Source: Chrysomallon squamiferum (taxonomy: Eukaryota > Animalia > Mollusca). From it: a stretch of DNA of 64,000 nt. The notes beneath the pieces were generated by a model. It saw only the letters and a program-made list of their open reading frames with translations. It did no database searches and was not told where the DNA came from. A program made the translations under genes and the position numbers. Position 1 is the stretch's first letter, and each line of letters begins with the position of its first letter. Shown here in pieces: positions 1-13,944 of the stretch. The stretch covers positions 7,130,001 through 7,194,000 of the forward strand of contig CM022673.1 in assembly GCA_012295275.1 (NCBI GenBank). Reading direction: 5' to 3'.

Positions 1-95
1 CATTATCATTATTATTACTACTTCTACTATTATTATTATTATTTTATTAGTATTATCATTAGGATCATAGTCATTATTATTATTATTACTATTAC

Positions 96-155
<60 letters not shown>

Positions 156-170
156 TGTGATTATCATCAA
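1..170. repeat. (ATT)n/(ACT)n microsatellite
   Basis: Direct reading. Confidence 0.95.
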
Positions 171-745
171 TGTGCATTCTGTTTATTTAAAAGCCAGTAT
201 TATGTGTCGACAAATGAATTCGTACTGAGAATGAACTAATGTACTAAGTTAGCACCCATGAATGAATGATTCATTGACAATAAAAACGTTTCAGCAGTGA
301 TGTACATAATCCCTGAATCTTCATTTACTTTGCTGTTTTTATTAATTACGATCGACAGAAACGTAATTATGTCAGCAGGTGCATGCACCAACTGTTTGAA
401 GGTCTTTTCAATAATTTTTTGAATTTTTTTATTTCGCTAAAATTGTTTACAGAGGAAAGATATTGCGGTACAAAGGGTTTTTCGGTACATTTCTGCATAA
501 TCCACCTTTTTATTCTCACATCAGTTTATCGAAATATGTCAGTCATCGTTACAGTAAAGAGGTGTATGCTTCTTGACAAACGTATTAAAATCCACCATAT
601 GTACCTGTAATACTGTAACTATGTATTACTGTTACAGCTACAGATCTGAACTTAAACGAATATCTGAATTTACAAATATTCTTGTTAACACACAAAAAAA
701 CACACATACAAAAACTCACATACAGTGTAACTCACAAATATATAT

Positions 746-787
<42 letters not shown>

Positions 788-797
788 ATACATATTC

Positions 798-922
798 AAA
801 TATAGGGTGTTTATGCATACCAACATTCATAAAAACATACATACGTACACACATACATATAAATATAGGGTGTTTATGCATACCAACATTCATAAAAACA
901 TACATACGTACACACATACATA
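798..922. repeat. 63-bp tandem duplication inside a degenerate CA/CATA tract
   Basis: aaatatagggtgtttatgcataccaacattcataaaaacatacatacgtacacacatacata at 798 and 861. Confidence 0.92.
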
Positions 923-1509
923 CAAAAACACACATACACACATATACATACATACATACATGCATACATAGACACATAGATATACATACATGCATGCATA
1001 CATACATACACACATATGCACACATACATACACATGTATGTACATAGATATATATATATATATACACACATAAACATGAACTTTAAAAAAAAAAAAAAAT
1101 TCTAATTAGGATTTAACCTTATTCTGTATGCTGACAAACGAGAGTAGGCTTTAATTATAATTACAAAAACGTCAAGCAGCTGAATCAATATGGTTGCACT
1201 GAATTACGGGCCAAAAAACATTTGTTGCTTTGTCGAGTATTGTCTGACATAATCATAAAAGAAACCACACGTAATTAGCGTTATAGCATTAGAAAACGTT
1301 CGTATAAAAAACAGCACTGCAGAGTAGGCGGCATCTAAGAGGATAATAATTATATGCTCATAATCGATTGAAATATTTGTGTATACATACAATGTACATA
1401 CATACAGTGCCATACGCACACAACATAACAACAAACCACTTCTAAATTGTGCCGTTTTGTAGAGTGGTAATGTTATGTAATGACACAATCAAGATGTTGA
1501 TTTAAACAG

Positions 1510-1618
<109 letters not shown>

Positions 1619-3724
1619 ATACTTGGAGGATACATAATGATAAATGCGGTAATCATTCAGTAAAGAGATTGTCTTCATAGAGTGTTTGAATCGAAAGAAT
1701 CGAAAGAAATATATCGACGACAACAACAACAACAACAGCCTCAACAACAACAACAACAACATCAATAATAATAATAATAAAATAGTAACAACAACAGTTA
1801 TTCAAAATTAATTCTAACTGTATGCGATTCTCAGTATACAGTCATTCTCCTTATTATTGTTTTTTTATTTTTATATCATATTTTTTTTTTCTATTCACTA
1901 GAACCAAATCGGCTTTTGTGTCCTAAGCTAGCTAGTCAGTCTAAATCTTACAGAACAAAGCGACGAGTTGGGCAAACAAGAGCAATCTTGCGCCATATCA
2001 GCAGTCTCTATTGTAGACTGGTTTCCCCGCTTTCATACTTAGCGAACAGCTCCCAGTCGATTGCCGCTTCGTTCTGCGTCTGCGACGTCAATATTGACCG
2101 AGCATGGACTCATCAAAAAACGGAAGGAATCTTTTAAGCCAACATTTTATCATTTGTCTTGTGCACTGTTCAACTGGGTTATTTTTATTATCACGCAATC
2201 ATATTACAGATGATTGGACACAGGTATACAGACAGGCAAGGAATCATTCCTGTGTTAATCGGGCCCTTCAAAAAAAAAAAAAAAAAAAAAAAAAATGAAA
2301 AAATTAATTAATAAAGAATTTTTTTTTGCTTATTTTCTTTTTTCCTCTGTTTTTGGAAAATAATGTTATTGAAGGGAAAAAAATAAAAATCGATGGTCTG
2401 GACACTTCCCCTTTAAAACTTATCTCTTTTTATTAAAATTCTGTTGCTTTTTGAACTATGTGTTATGTTTCTGATTCTTCGATGGACTTTTATGGACAAA
2501 CAAAGACAAATGTCGATCTCATTTTCATGTTTTTGGGTGTGTTTTTTTTTTTTTTTTTTTTTTTTACGACTGAAATGCTTTCTTGCCCCTAACTGCAAGA
2601 AGCATCCAGTTTTATATTCGAAGATACTTTATTAATCTCTTCATTAATTTTTTTTTGTTCTGTAATGATAGACAGCTTCCACGTTGTTGGGTTTGTTCGT
2701 TTGGTAATAACAGCATTTAGTAAAATATTAGATTGCCAGCATTTATTATCATCTTTTGCGCACCGTTCAATGAATTTTTATTTTACTTGTTTGTTTTTTT
2801 TTTTTTTTGTTTGTTTTTTTCAATTACAGTGGCTATGAATCATTTTCTTAATCATATAATTTAAAAAATCTTTATTAACTCTTTTCCATAATCTCACAAT
2901 TGTAAAAATATACCTTAATAGTGAATTATTTTGCTTCAGTCTTGTATAAAACGAATATGGAGAATTAATCATAACCGCTTTTAAGATTATTAAGATTCCT
3001 TTTCAGCAACAGTGAAAAAAAAAACGATGTGATTCTGAAACAAACATGAAAATACATAAATATATACACTAACATATATATATATATATATAGATAGATA
3101 GATAGATAGATAGATAGACAGATATAGATATAGATATATGTTGTACATATTTATTAAGTTAGTTTATTCATCTTTTGACGTAATTCAAAACCAAACTCTT
3201 ACGGATAACGTTCGAAATATAGACATGTTCCAAAGACCCTTTTAATTTACGACCATCGTACAATTACTTGGAATGATTGATCACATTTATTAATAAAGCA
3301 GACACTTGAGTATGAAATATAGTCGCACGGGTGCGACCTCTAGCGGTCGGCTTTAGTTCAATATCGTCTGCTGACAAGGTATTATATGGCTAAAGGAAAA
3401 TCAGCCATCTGCAAAAATCTATGCTGATATTATCAAACTGTGCAAACGGGCGCCCGCATTACGTGATTGTTCATTATAGGAGTCTTGATTTTTGCAAGCC
3501 AGTGGAATTATTGGCACGGAACGTATTTTCACCATCCAGCCACCAATTATCTGAAATAGGAAAAAAAAAATTAAATGAAAGACAGAGAGAGAAAGAGAGA
3601 GATCTGATAAAAAAAATAAAGCCTATGTTTTAGCTGTTATTGTTTCTGATGCCTTTCTTTTATAACTGCTTGGCGTTTTCTAGGTTATTCTTACCGCTAT
3701 TCCTGCTGCTACCATTTCTTCTTT

Positions 3725-3752
3725 TTCTTCTTTTCTTCTTCTTCTTCTTCTT

Positions 3753-3783
<31 letters not shown>

Positions 3784-3803
3784 TTATTATTATTATTATT
3801 ATT
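3725..3803. repeat. (CTT)n(ATT)n compound microsatellite
   Basis: Direct reading. Confidence 0.95.
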
Positions 3804-5199
3804 TGGTTCCATTCTTTTTATAATTTTTGTTTTTGTTTTGACTTGTTATTTTTCTGAACACTCAGCTTTATTCAGAATTATTTACTTCCTTCATGTTATA
3901 TATATCATTCTATCATTATATGCTCTTTTCTTCTTATTGTTCTGGTAATAATAAAAAAATTTCATCATCGTTATCATCATCAACATCATCAGAGGATCTA
4001 TTCTGCTAGTGGCCCAAAGATTACAGTATCTACTTTTCTGTCTGCATGTTATAGAAAACTCTGAATACATGATAGCAATATTATTATCTGTATACTTTTA
4101 TGTATAATACCATCTAATAGTAGATTAAAGTATATTTAATGAATTGTTGCATAAAGATATTCTTCCTTTCAGCAATTTTTCTTCTTGTTTTTATTTTTAT
4201 ATTTCTTCATCATAATCATCATCATCAGCAGCAAGATCATCATCATCATCATCATTATCTTGTTGTTTTCTCCGGTATTCTTCATTATCATCATTTTCTT
4301 CCTTTTTTTTATATTTTGTGTGTGATATTCGAAATATACATCAGTTTTCCTTACATTTTAATTTTCTACACATCACACTATACATACACACACATCTCCA
4401 TACCTCAGACTCTCTTCCATCTATTCTACTTTATTTTCAGACTCTAATCTTTCATTTAATATAAATAAATAATTCGAAACTTATCACATGTGCGGACGAG
4501 TGACGGAGCTAGCCGAAGAACGTCTTTTGTAATTCAATATTTGCCTTGATTAATAGTAAATGTGTTTACTCCCGAAAATCATCGTAAGCTAAATGATGAT
4601 GTGTTTGGCTGAAGGAATTCTTGGCTCGTCTGGATGGCTAAATGCATCATCAATACTGACACTGGATTACGTATTTCTCTCCTTCACTTGATTGAGAATT
4701 CCTCGGCTTCTCGGAAGAAGATAAATTAGACCACGAAGGGAGCTGAGTATGCTCATCTGTGTTATTCTGGAGTTAGAGCGTTGATGAGTGCAATGCACTC
4801 CCACGGTCACGAAACAAAAATATAAATTACTACTCAGCTGAAATATAATTTTGTATTCGAGGTTTTCTTTTTTTTTTCTTTTTTCTTTTTTTTTCTTTTT
4901 TTAATTGTTATCCTTATCTTATTTTTTACAAGAATGTTTATTTTTTATTTTTTTTAACTTTTTTTTCTTCTTCTTTTCCTTATTAGATACTTTTTTTTTT
5001 TTTTTTTTATACGCCGAGCTTTCGATGAGTTTCAATGAAGAAAAATTGCAGTGGGTTTGACATATTTCGCTAAAATACCAATTTTCAGATGGAATTTGAA
5101 TGGATTGGCTTTTATTGAGAATACATCTGATGATTATCTGTGCCATTTACTTGCCATGGAGGTGACTCAATCGATTCCATGTGAAGAAAATTTAATCAT

Positions 5200-5288
5200 C
5201 TTCATCATTATTATTATCATCATTATCATCATCATCGTTGTTATCGTTATTGTTATTACTACTACTACTACTACTACTACCACTACTA

Positions 5289-5321
<33 letters not shown>

Positions 5322-5365
5322 ATAATAATAATAATAATAATGACAACACTAATAATAATAATAAC
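5200..5365. repeat. (ATC/ATT)n(ACT)n(AAT)n compound microsatellite
   Basis: Direct reading. Confidence 0.95.
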
Positions 5366-5732
5366 ATTTTTCTTTCAATTGTTTCAAAATAATTACATTA
5401 GACAACTTCAATAACTAATCAATAATTTAAAAAAGTCTATATGATTGGCAAACACTATTATTTCAAATAAATATTTAATAAAATAAACTAATTTTGATTT
5501 CCTATCCAGTTTTCACCGTATACTAAACCTACATTTCAAAACACACTGCGTCTATCAAATAAACATTGAATTAACAAGGAATTATACCAGACTACTCAAA
5601 AGATCACATGTAAAGACCTAACTTTAACGGTATGGAAAAGGAAAACAAATTACGAAAATTAGAAAGATTCCAGTAACCAGTGTATGGTATGAAATATCTT
5701 GAAATAGACAAATACTAACGACAACGTTAGTA

Positions 5733-5767
<35 letters not shown>

Positions 5768-6095
5768 ATTTTCATGAAGAATTTGATAACAAAAATGTTG
5801 ATGGTTTCTGTGATGGCTGATGTCCAAGAGATCTGGAATGTTCACTTCTCTCAGTGTTGTGCTACTCGGTGTACGCCATTTGACGCAAGGATTCGTTGTT
5901 GGCTCTGTGTTTCTCAAACTGCATAAAACCAGAAGGCAGTAATGCTTCAGTTCTCGGCGTGTTTCCAAGTCTCTGAAGCAAATACCATCAGTGAAGTATA
6001 ACAAGATTTTCTTATCTGACATTTGTGTTCCAGTCTTTCTCAGTTTGAAATACTCTTTTTTTTTTTTTTTTAAATAAAAAGAAGTATAATATAAT

Positions 6096-6373
<278 letters not shown>

Positions 6374-6908
6374 AACTGATTTAGCTTGGCGGAAGGAGAA
6401 GTATTAATGTGTCTGATGTGAAGCGGCCTGTTGAGCCACGGATTAAATCCTGCACAGAACATGCACTAACGTAATAAGCGTGAACTGAAGAAATAAATCT
6501 CGGTTTGTTTTCTAACGGTCTTTCACGTAGACAAGATTTACAGGTTTTGCAGTCACCAGTTTGAAAAAGGAAGCAGTCGTGGCCTATTCAAAGTACTTTC
6601 ATGTATCCTGATTCCAACATTTTATTTTTGTTTGTTTACTTCCTTTAGCGTCTCTGATTATTTTCATTTAACGAACAGTTTACAGTTATGGAGGGTTATT
6701 AACATGAGAGAGAGAGAAGGGGGAGAGAGAGAAGAGATAAATATGCGCAAACAATAGGTAATCATTGTATAACGTTATTGTTGTTCACACATAAATAAAT
6801 AAATAAACAAATATCACAGTTTAAATTGTATGTGTTGGTAAATAGTTTAGACAACTTTTCCTTTTAATCATTTACTCTGCTGCTTATTATTATTATTATT
6901 ATTATTAT

Positions 6909-6941
<33 letters not shown>

Positions 6942-7581
6942 AAGTAATACTAGTAGTAGTGGTAGTAGTAGTAGTAGTAGTACTGGTTTTCTTATGCTAT
7001 AATGCTAATGATCACTGGTGTCTATTATAATTGCGATAGAAAAAACAAAATTCATCCATCCATCCATCATACAACCCATTCACTCAACATATCTTACCTC
7101 ACTAATCCGGTCACTGTGTAACCTAGTCACATCTACGTTTCACCTGATTTGTTTCGTCATTTGCTTTATAAACGATATTAATTAATGTGATACTCAACTG
7201 TTGTCAAAACAGTTTTATAGGCGTATTTATGCCGGCGTGTACGTCATACACAGCAAGCCATCAGCTGTGTTATGCCCCGCAGCACGTGATTTCACTGTAA
7301 ATAACACTGTTTGATGTTATTTATTAATTATAAGAAAGAAATTGAGCCTGAAATAACTTCCTGGAATTCTGAATAAAGGTAGGCGCAGATTAAAGCTCTT
7401 TGTTGGAAACGGGTTAATACATCAGTGACATAGTTCTGTTTTTTATTTATTTTAGATCGTATTTTTGTCTTATTTTATTTCACTATCTTTTACGTCACTG
7501 TTCTTCTCTTCTGTTTCTTTATACAGAAGCGTGAACAAACATGGACATAAATAACTAACAGAAACACATACACACACATAA

Positions 7582-7583
<2 letters not shown>

Positions 7584-7670
<87 letters not shown>
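7584..7670. repeat. (GA)n microsatellite
   Basis: Direct reading. Confidence 0.98.
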
Positions 7671-7675
<5 letters not shown>

Positions 7676-8729
7676 GCTGTGTGTGTGTGTTTCATTTTTA
7701 TTTTATTTGCATATTTAATACAATTCCTTGAAGGCAACAATGTAAAGCAGTAATATTCTTTCCGAATTCAGAAGTCGTATTAATTATACTGAACAATATA
7801 TCATCGAAATGAAAAGAAAACGAAAAATAAAACAAATATTAAAAAGAGTTATTAGTTTAGTAAAAAAAAAAAAAAAAAAAAATGTATTTGATTGACAGAT
7901 ACTTAGAAAATCTTTAGATGATAACAGTTTCGGTAATATTTATGTGTCGTGAAAACAATATAAACAATTTACTTGTTCATAAATGGGATTTTTGTTATTG
8001 TATTCACGTATTTGATTAAGCCAGTCCTCGTTCTAGCTATTAAGTGTACGAGCAGTTAGTACAAAACAGCCCAATATTCGCTTTAATGGACGCTATCAAA
8101 TATTGGTTCACTTATTATATTTTGACAAGTGTATTTTTATTGGACTTGGTTTTATTTTTTTGATTTCAAAGCTTCGTTCGCTTGGTTCTAGTTGTGAGGT
8201 GGTAGAAAGGTTTCGTTCTCGCCTCTATCGATCAAAACACTTTGCGTATTAGAGTAATTTCGATTTCTTCTTTTTTTTTTTTTTTTTTGTATTTCGGTTG
8301 CAGCATTTCCATTCCTGTTTAATGCTTCTAAGTAGTCTTAAAGCGAAAAACGATCTAAGAGAAATATTGTAGTACAAGACAAAAACATAACTGTGACGAG
8401 ATGTAACAGCAGTGGAGAAAAAAAAGAAAACATCCTAAAGGAGACCAAATAACACATAGAAACATTTATTTATAAAGTGCAAACCATATTTTTTTTATAT
8501 TTGAAAATGAAATGGTCATTATTTTGGAACATTTTGGTAATGTTTTAGTTCAACTATGTGTTGGAGAATGCTAATTTTAGTTATTAAAATGTTATTTGAA
8601 AACTAGTTTAAAATAAATAAATAAATAAATATTGCTGAGAACACCTTAGCAGGTTTTTACATTAGTATTTATTATTCATTATGTATATGATGCAGATGTT
8701 TCATATATTTATGCACACTTACACACTTG

Positions 8730-8842
8730 TATACATATACATATACATAAATACATACATGCATACATACATGAATACATACACACATGCCCACTTACGT
8801 ATATACATATACATACATACATATATACAAACACACATACAA

Positions 8843-8874
<32 letters not shown>

Positions 8875-8965
8875 ATTTATATTTATTTATTTATACATAC
8901 ATACATACATACATACATACATACATACATACATACATACATACATACATACATACACACATACA
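8730..8965. repeat. (CATA)n/(TG)n compound tract
   Basis: Direct reading. Confidence 0.92.
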
Positions 8966-9527
8966 TTTCTTCCGCCATTCATCACTGTAACAAGTTTGAC
9001 TTGTTCTTCTACATACAGCTTCATTTCTGACAAACTTTGAAAACCAAGCAGCGGTGACTTCATCGAATAACGAAAACAAATTTAATTACCTCGGCAACAT
9101 CGGTCACACTGCCCCGAATAAAGTGGCAAATCCTCGCCATTTCCCTTTGTACAAATATCAATTTGCATGTGTCACTCTTTCCGCGCTGTAATTATATATT
9201 TAATGACATGTGAAGTTGGTCTCTGATGTAGAAATGCCCGTGCATAGTTTCTAAGATGTGAATGGGAGGGTGGGCTCTTTTTTTTTTTCGTTTTCTCTCT
9301 TTTTTTTCTGATTGAATTTATTGTTAATGATTAACATTCTCCTGGTTGCTATGATCAAAGAAGTAAAGCTTGGCTAGAATGAATTGAGTTGCGTAGTGCG
9401 GTGTGTTAAAAATAAGAAAATTAGGTAAATGAATAAATGAATGAATGAATGAATGAAATCATTTTTATCACCATCCATCCATTCATGCATGCATGAATAG
9501 ACACACACACATTCATATATACATACT

Positions 9528-9613
9528 TAGATACGTACACAAACATGCATACACACATATATACATACATACATAGATACGTACACAAACATGCATACAC
9601 ACATATATACATA
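9528..9613. repeat. 46-bp tandem duplication in a CATA-rich tract
   Basis: tagatacgtacacaaacatgcatacacacatatatacata present twice. Confidence 0.85.
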
Positions 9614-10384
9614 AACCTAAACATACAAACACACATACACACACACATACATTTACGTAAAAATATGCTTATATAAAACTAATTATTATTTTTTTGTTGT
9701 TGTTGTTTTTTTACCTATAGGTGATCAAATGTTTAAATAATATTCATATTTTTGTTTGTTTTTTTCCCTTATTTGTCATCATTCCCATCATCGTCATTAT
9801 TTATTTATTTACTTATTTATTTACTTAAATTAAAATAAATAAGTATAAAAATCGAACTGAAAACTTAACTGAAGATCATCACTGCCTATCTTATAACATC
9901 ATTATATAGAGTTATTTCAAGTTAATATCATAATGTTTATGTTGGATCGTTAAGCTTAAGTAGAATCGGCAAGTTATTTATTATGTAATAATTACAAAGC
10001 AATCGTTATAAGTAATGTACCACCTTATTTTCTCTCTCAGTACATTAATTGACATGGAAAAAGAGAATTATATTAAACTGGAATCAGTCATGATGATGTA
10101 CTCTGAAAATTGCCTAGTAACATGCAAGTAATCATAACATTCTTTTATTCCTAACTGATTGACTGCTGTCTGTGTATCTCTCTTCTGCTTTTCAAAGACA
10201 TTTCCCAAGACGTATTACACTAAAAAAAAAGTCAACGAATCTGTTATCCTGAACCTTTGAATGACTACAAGCAAGTGGTAAAGCGGACTTATTGTTATGT
10301 GACCAGAATCATTCTATGAAACATATTTTAAAGATCGCATATTTTAATTCGACAGTTTCTGAGACGTGTCTGCCTATCTTATGA

Positions 10385-10403
10385 TTTTGTTTCTAACTTT
10401 CAG
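10385..10403 (+). other. 3' splice acceptor of the coding exon
   Basis: ttttgtttCTAACtttCAG immediately before the GC-rich block. Confidence 0.8.
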
Positions 10404-10431
10404 GCCACAGCAGAAGACAGCAACGTACAAA

Positions 10432-11157
10432 ATGGACGACGAGCATGTGAATTATCAACTTCCGGTCGACGCCCCTGCCTGCCTGTCGCCGTCGGAGAGT
10501 TTCACGACGTCGCGGTCAGACAGTTACGTCACCCCGCCGGACGGGTCAAACCGCCTCGCGGCAACCAGACAACGCAGCAGCCACAGCACGCTGGAGAGCT
10601 TCAGGAGCATCTCCACGGACACGTTCTTCACTCCCCCGGGTTCGGAGAGCTCCAGGAGCCGCTACGCCATCAAAGACATACTCATGTCGAACGCAGTGAA
10701 GGACGGCGGCGGTGACGACACGAAAGAGGAGATCCAGTGCTACATGTTCCAGGACTCGTCTGATTCGCAGCACACCGTGAAAAGCGTCACCCTGGTCAAC
10801 GGGAAGGTACCGCTGGAGAGGCAGCTGTCGCTTCCCGAGAAGGTCATCGCTAAGACGTCGTCTCCCGAGACCACAGAAACGAAGCAGCAGCAGCAAAGCC
10901 CAGTTCAGAAGGAAAGAAGAAGCTCGCTGGAGACGCCTTCAAAGGGCAAAGTGACGCCGAAGAAAATAAAAAGCGTCTCGTTACATTTTACGACGGATGT
11001 GAATCTGGACAAGGAAAAGGTCTCGAATTTCCCCAAGAGTCCGAGCAGCGGGCTGACCACTCCGTCAGACAGAATGACCAGCACAGCGACCACTCCAGAT
11101 GACTCGGTCAGCAGAAAGTTCTGGAAAGGAGGAACCAGGGCACTTCTAATACAGAAG
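10432..11157 (+). CDS. Coding exon (probably the first coding exon) of an unidentified multi-exon gene; Ser/Thr/Pro-rich, low-hydrophobicity, likely disordered region of 242 codons (MDDEHVNYQL...RKFWKGGTRALLIQK)
   Basis: Only long non-repetitive ORF in the window. GC and third-position GC rise sharply over the AT-rich background. Acceptor with a branch-like CTAAC (ttctaactttcag|G) gives exon start 10404. ATG at 10432 is in CAAAATGG context. Consensus donor AAG|GTAAGT after 11157 (phase 0), where composition drops back to AT-rich. The frame is also open from 10404 to 10431, so an upstream coding exon cannot be excluded. Confidence 0.88.
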
Positions 11158-11163
11158 GTAAGT
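11155..11163 (+). other. 5' splice donor AAG|GTAAGT
   Basis: Consensus donor exactly at the GC-to-AT compositional boundary, phase 0. Confidence 0.88.
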
Positions 11164-11503
11164 CAAATTATTAACCTGAAAACACATACGTTCATGCAGA
11201 TATAGATACTCATTCATACACAGAGATATATACACACATATATTCATGAAAAATGAAACAAAACAAAAACATGAAACAAAATAATATCAACAGTTTCAGT
11301 TGTATTTCCCCCTTTAAATTTATTCCACACTGATTTTCATATTTTCAAGATGAATCGAATTTATATCAAAACATAATTTATTTATGGTACTAGAATACCA
11401 GTATATAATATTTAAATCATTAACCACATGATAATATTAAAAAGTATTGATTAGTTGCTGATTTATTTATTTTTTATTACCTTTATTACCTTTATTGTTG
11501 TTG

Positions 11504-11546
<43 letters not shown>

Positions 11547-12171
11547 ACATACACTGAGCATAATACTGATAAGCCAGACCGCTCGTCAGTATCTTAATTA
11601 ATTTATTTAATTTGGATCACGGACTCCATAAAGAAACATTACGATTGAAAATGGGACATTAAAATGTGAAATTTATAACCATTATTGTGATTTCCCACAG
11701 GGATTAAATTTGTCACTGATAGAAATGTGTTTATTTTTTGAGTTAAGTTTGGTATAATGGTGTTTTTCTTTATTTTGAACATTATTTGTACATTAAACTT
11801 CAAAGCTTAAACGTGTCTCTACGTCATTTAGAATCATGTCTATCATTATAGCCATTAAAGTTTTGAAAGAAACAGGCACAATGTATTATTTATTATACGC
11901 CGGGTACTCTGTGTTTGTGTGAGTTTGTTTGTGAGTTTGTTTGCGAGTTCGTATGAGTATCTCTGAATGTATTTGACTTTGGAAACTTCAGTGTTCAATT
12001 CTGTGATGCATTAATCAACACAGCAGTTAGCTGTCAGATCATAACATCCATCTGTTTCCAGTCATTAATAGTAATAACAAAACAACATCACCACCACCAC
12101 CACCACCACCTACAACAACAACAACATCAACTAAAATAATAATAACAATAATAATAATAATAATAATAATA

Positions 12172-12205
<34 letters not shown>

Positions 12206-13944
12206 GTGTAACGGCTTCCTACCACCATATGATTTAAAATCTCTTTCTATGATTGGTTTTTTTTCATTTCATACTTTATTTTCCTTTCTTGTCTTTACAT
12301 CTTTCTTTCTTTCGTTTTTCTTCTTGTTCTTTCACTCTTAGATTTCTTTTTCCCATTAATTTTTTTGTATTATTATTTTAAACATAATTAACGATTCTAA
12401 GTTGAGATTCAATACCACATGCATACTGTTATTGACATAAAAAATCTATATTTTATCACTCACACCATTAAAGACCTAGACATTATCGCTCACCACATAA
12501 AACATCAAATTACCATTGTTCTTTAGAACTATGCAAAAATATGGACAATGCCTCCGAATTATTTAAAATTTCTTGTTTTTTTTTTAAAAATATTTCATTA
12601 TTGTTGTTACATATCATACAAATAATTTCACTAAAATACAATTAAGTTTTTCTTCTGCGTCTTTGTTCGCGTTGGAATATCGGACCGCACACAGTGTTGA
12701 ACAATCTTCTGCAATTATCTTGCATTTTCAGCAACAAAGAAAAACTTGGACGTTATTTGACTAACCGCTGGAACGCTAAACAGCGAGAACACAAGGCGTA
12801 AACGATAACGATATCAGCTCGTCCGTGTTTCAATTTACAAAATGCACATTTCAATAAATATTTCAGAGTTCATCGGCTGACAACAATGCGCGATTTGTCC
12901 AGACCCTCGGGCAATGTGTGCTTTGCATTCGCCTGTGGCACCGTTCTTCGACTTCGTTTTTGTTCCGAGTTTACCAGGAGAAAAATGCTCTGCTGCGAGG
13001 AACAATTATCTAATTGATTTGGTTCTAGGGCTTTTGTATGGAGCTCTGGCATTCTTAAATATGTCTTTGCTATGCTTTAGTGGTGTAAAGAGGATATTGA
13101 ATAATATCCGCCACAGCTGCCGCGCGGTGGGTTTTTTTTTTTTTACTTAGCTTGGAACTTGAGGTCGTTTAATCGACATAAATAGTCTCTGAATGGTATT
13201 TCATTTCCTCATCTTATGTATATATACGTGGTGACTCGTCTAGTTTGTTAAATAAGGGTAAAAGTAGATTTGTTTATTTCACTTTGAAAAGCTTTTCTGC
13301 AAAATGTATGAGTTTGTGTGTGTGTGTATAAAGTAGATTTTAATTACTTTCGAAAGCTCAAGTGAGTGCTTCTCAGAATCTGGTTATAGGAATAGATTTT
13401 GTTTTATTTTCAAAACGTGGGCAAAAGCTGTTTTTTTTTTTCACTTTCAAATGCTTATTTTGTAAAAGGCTGGGATATTTTATTTTACTTATAAATGTTA
13501 AAGTTTGTCTGCTTCATAAAATGTGACTGTAAACAAGATTTTATTAGTTGTTCAAACGATAAAGTTTTTACTTTGTAAATTGTGGTGAAAGTTTTATTGA
13601 TTAAGATACTTTTCAGTGAATTAATCGTTCTTTTGGTCCTGGAAATATCATCTATTACATTTTCAGTGACCTCTACCTCTTAACACATCAGACTTCGTCA
13701 TCAATTTATTCACAACAATAATGACATGACAACGATGACGCCAGCCAACATCACAGAAACGTTCATTCTTACATAACAAGAGATGTTAGAACGCTTTTTG
13801 AGTTTTGCCACGTGAAAATTAACGTGTCGAGTATCGTTTGACTATCGTACATTAACAAGATCTTCCGGATAATTATATTTGTATTATTGTCTGGGATTAA
13901 TTATCTTCCTACATTTCAGTATGAATGATTCATTTCATTTCTAG

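Noticed and set aside
4741-4839. Nested short inverted repeats (agctgagta/tactcagct around gagtgca-a-tgcactc)
   Set aside because: Arms are only 7-9 bp with non-complementary sequence between them, which is insufficient to call an element
10366-10403. N-terminal extension of the 279-aa ORF from GTG 10366, and its tail at 11158-11205
   Set aside because: Both lie outside the splice signals and are AT-rich, so they are intronic read-through from prokaryote-style ORF calling
10546-11093. Minus-strand ORFs of 116 aa and 62 aa
   Set aside because: Antisense shadows of the GC-rich coding exon, with no independent signals
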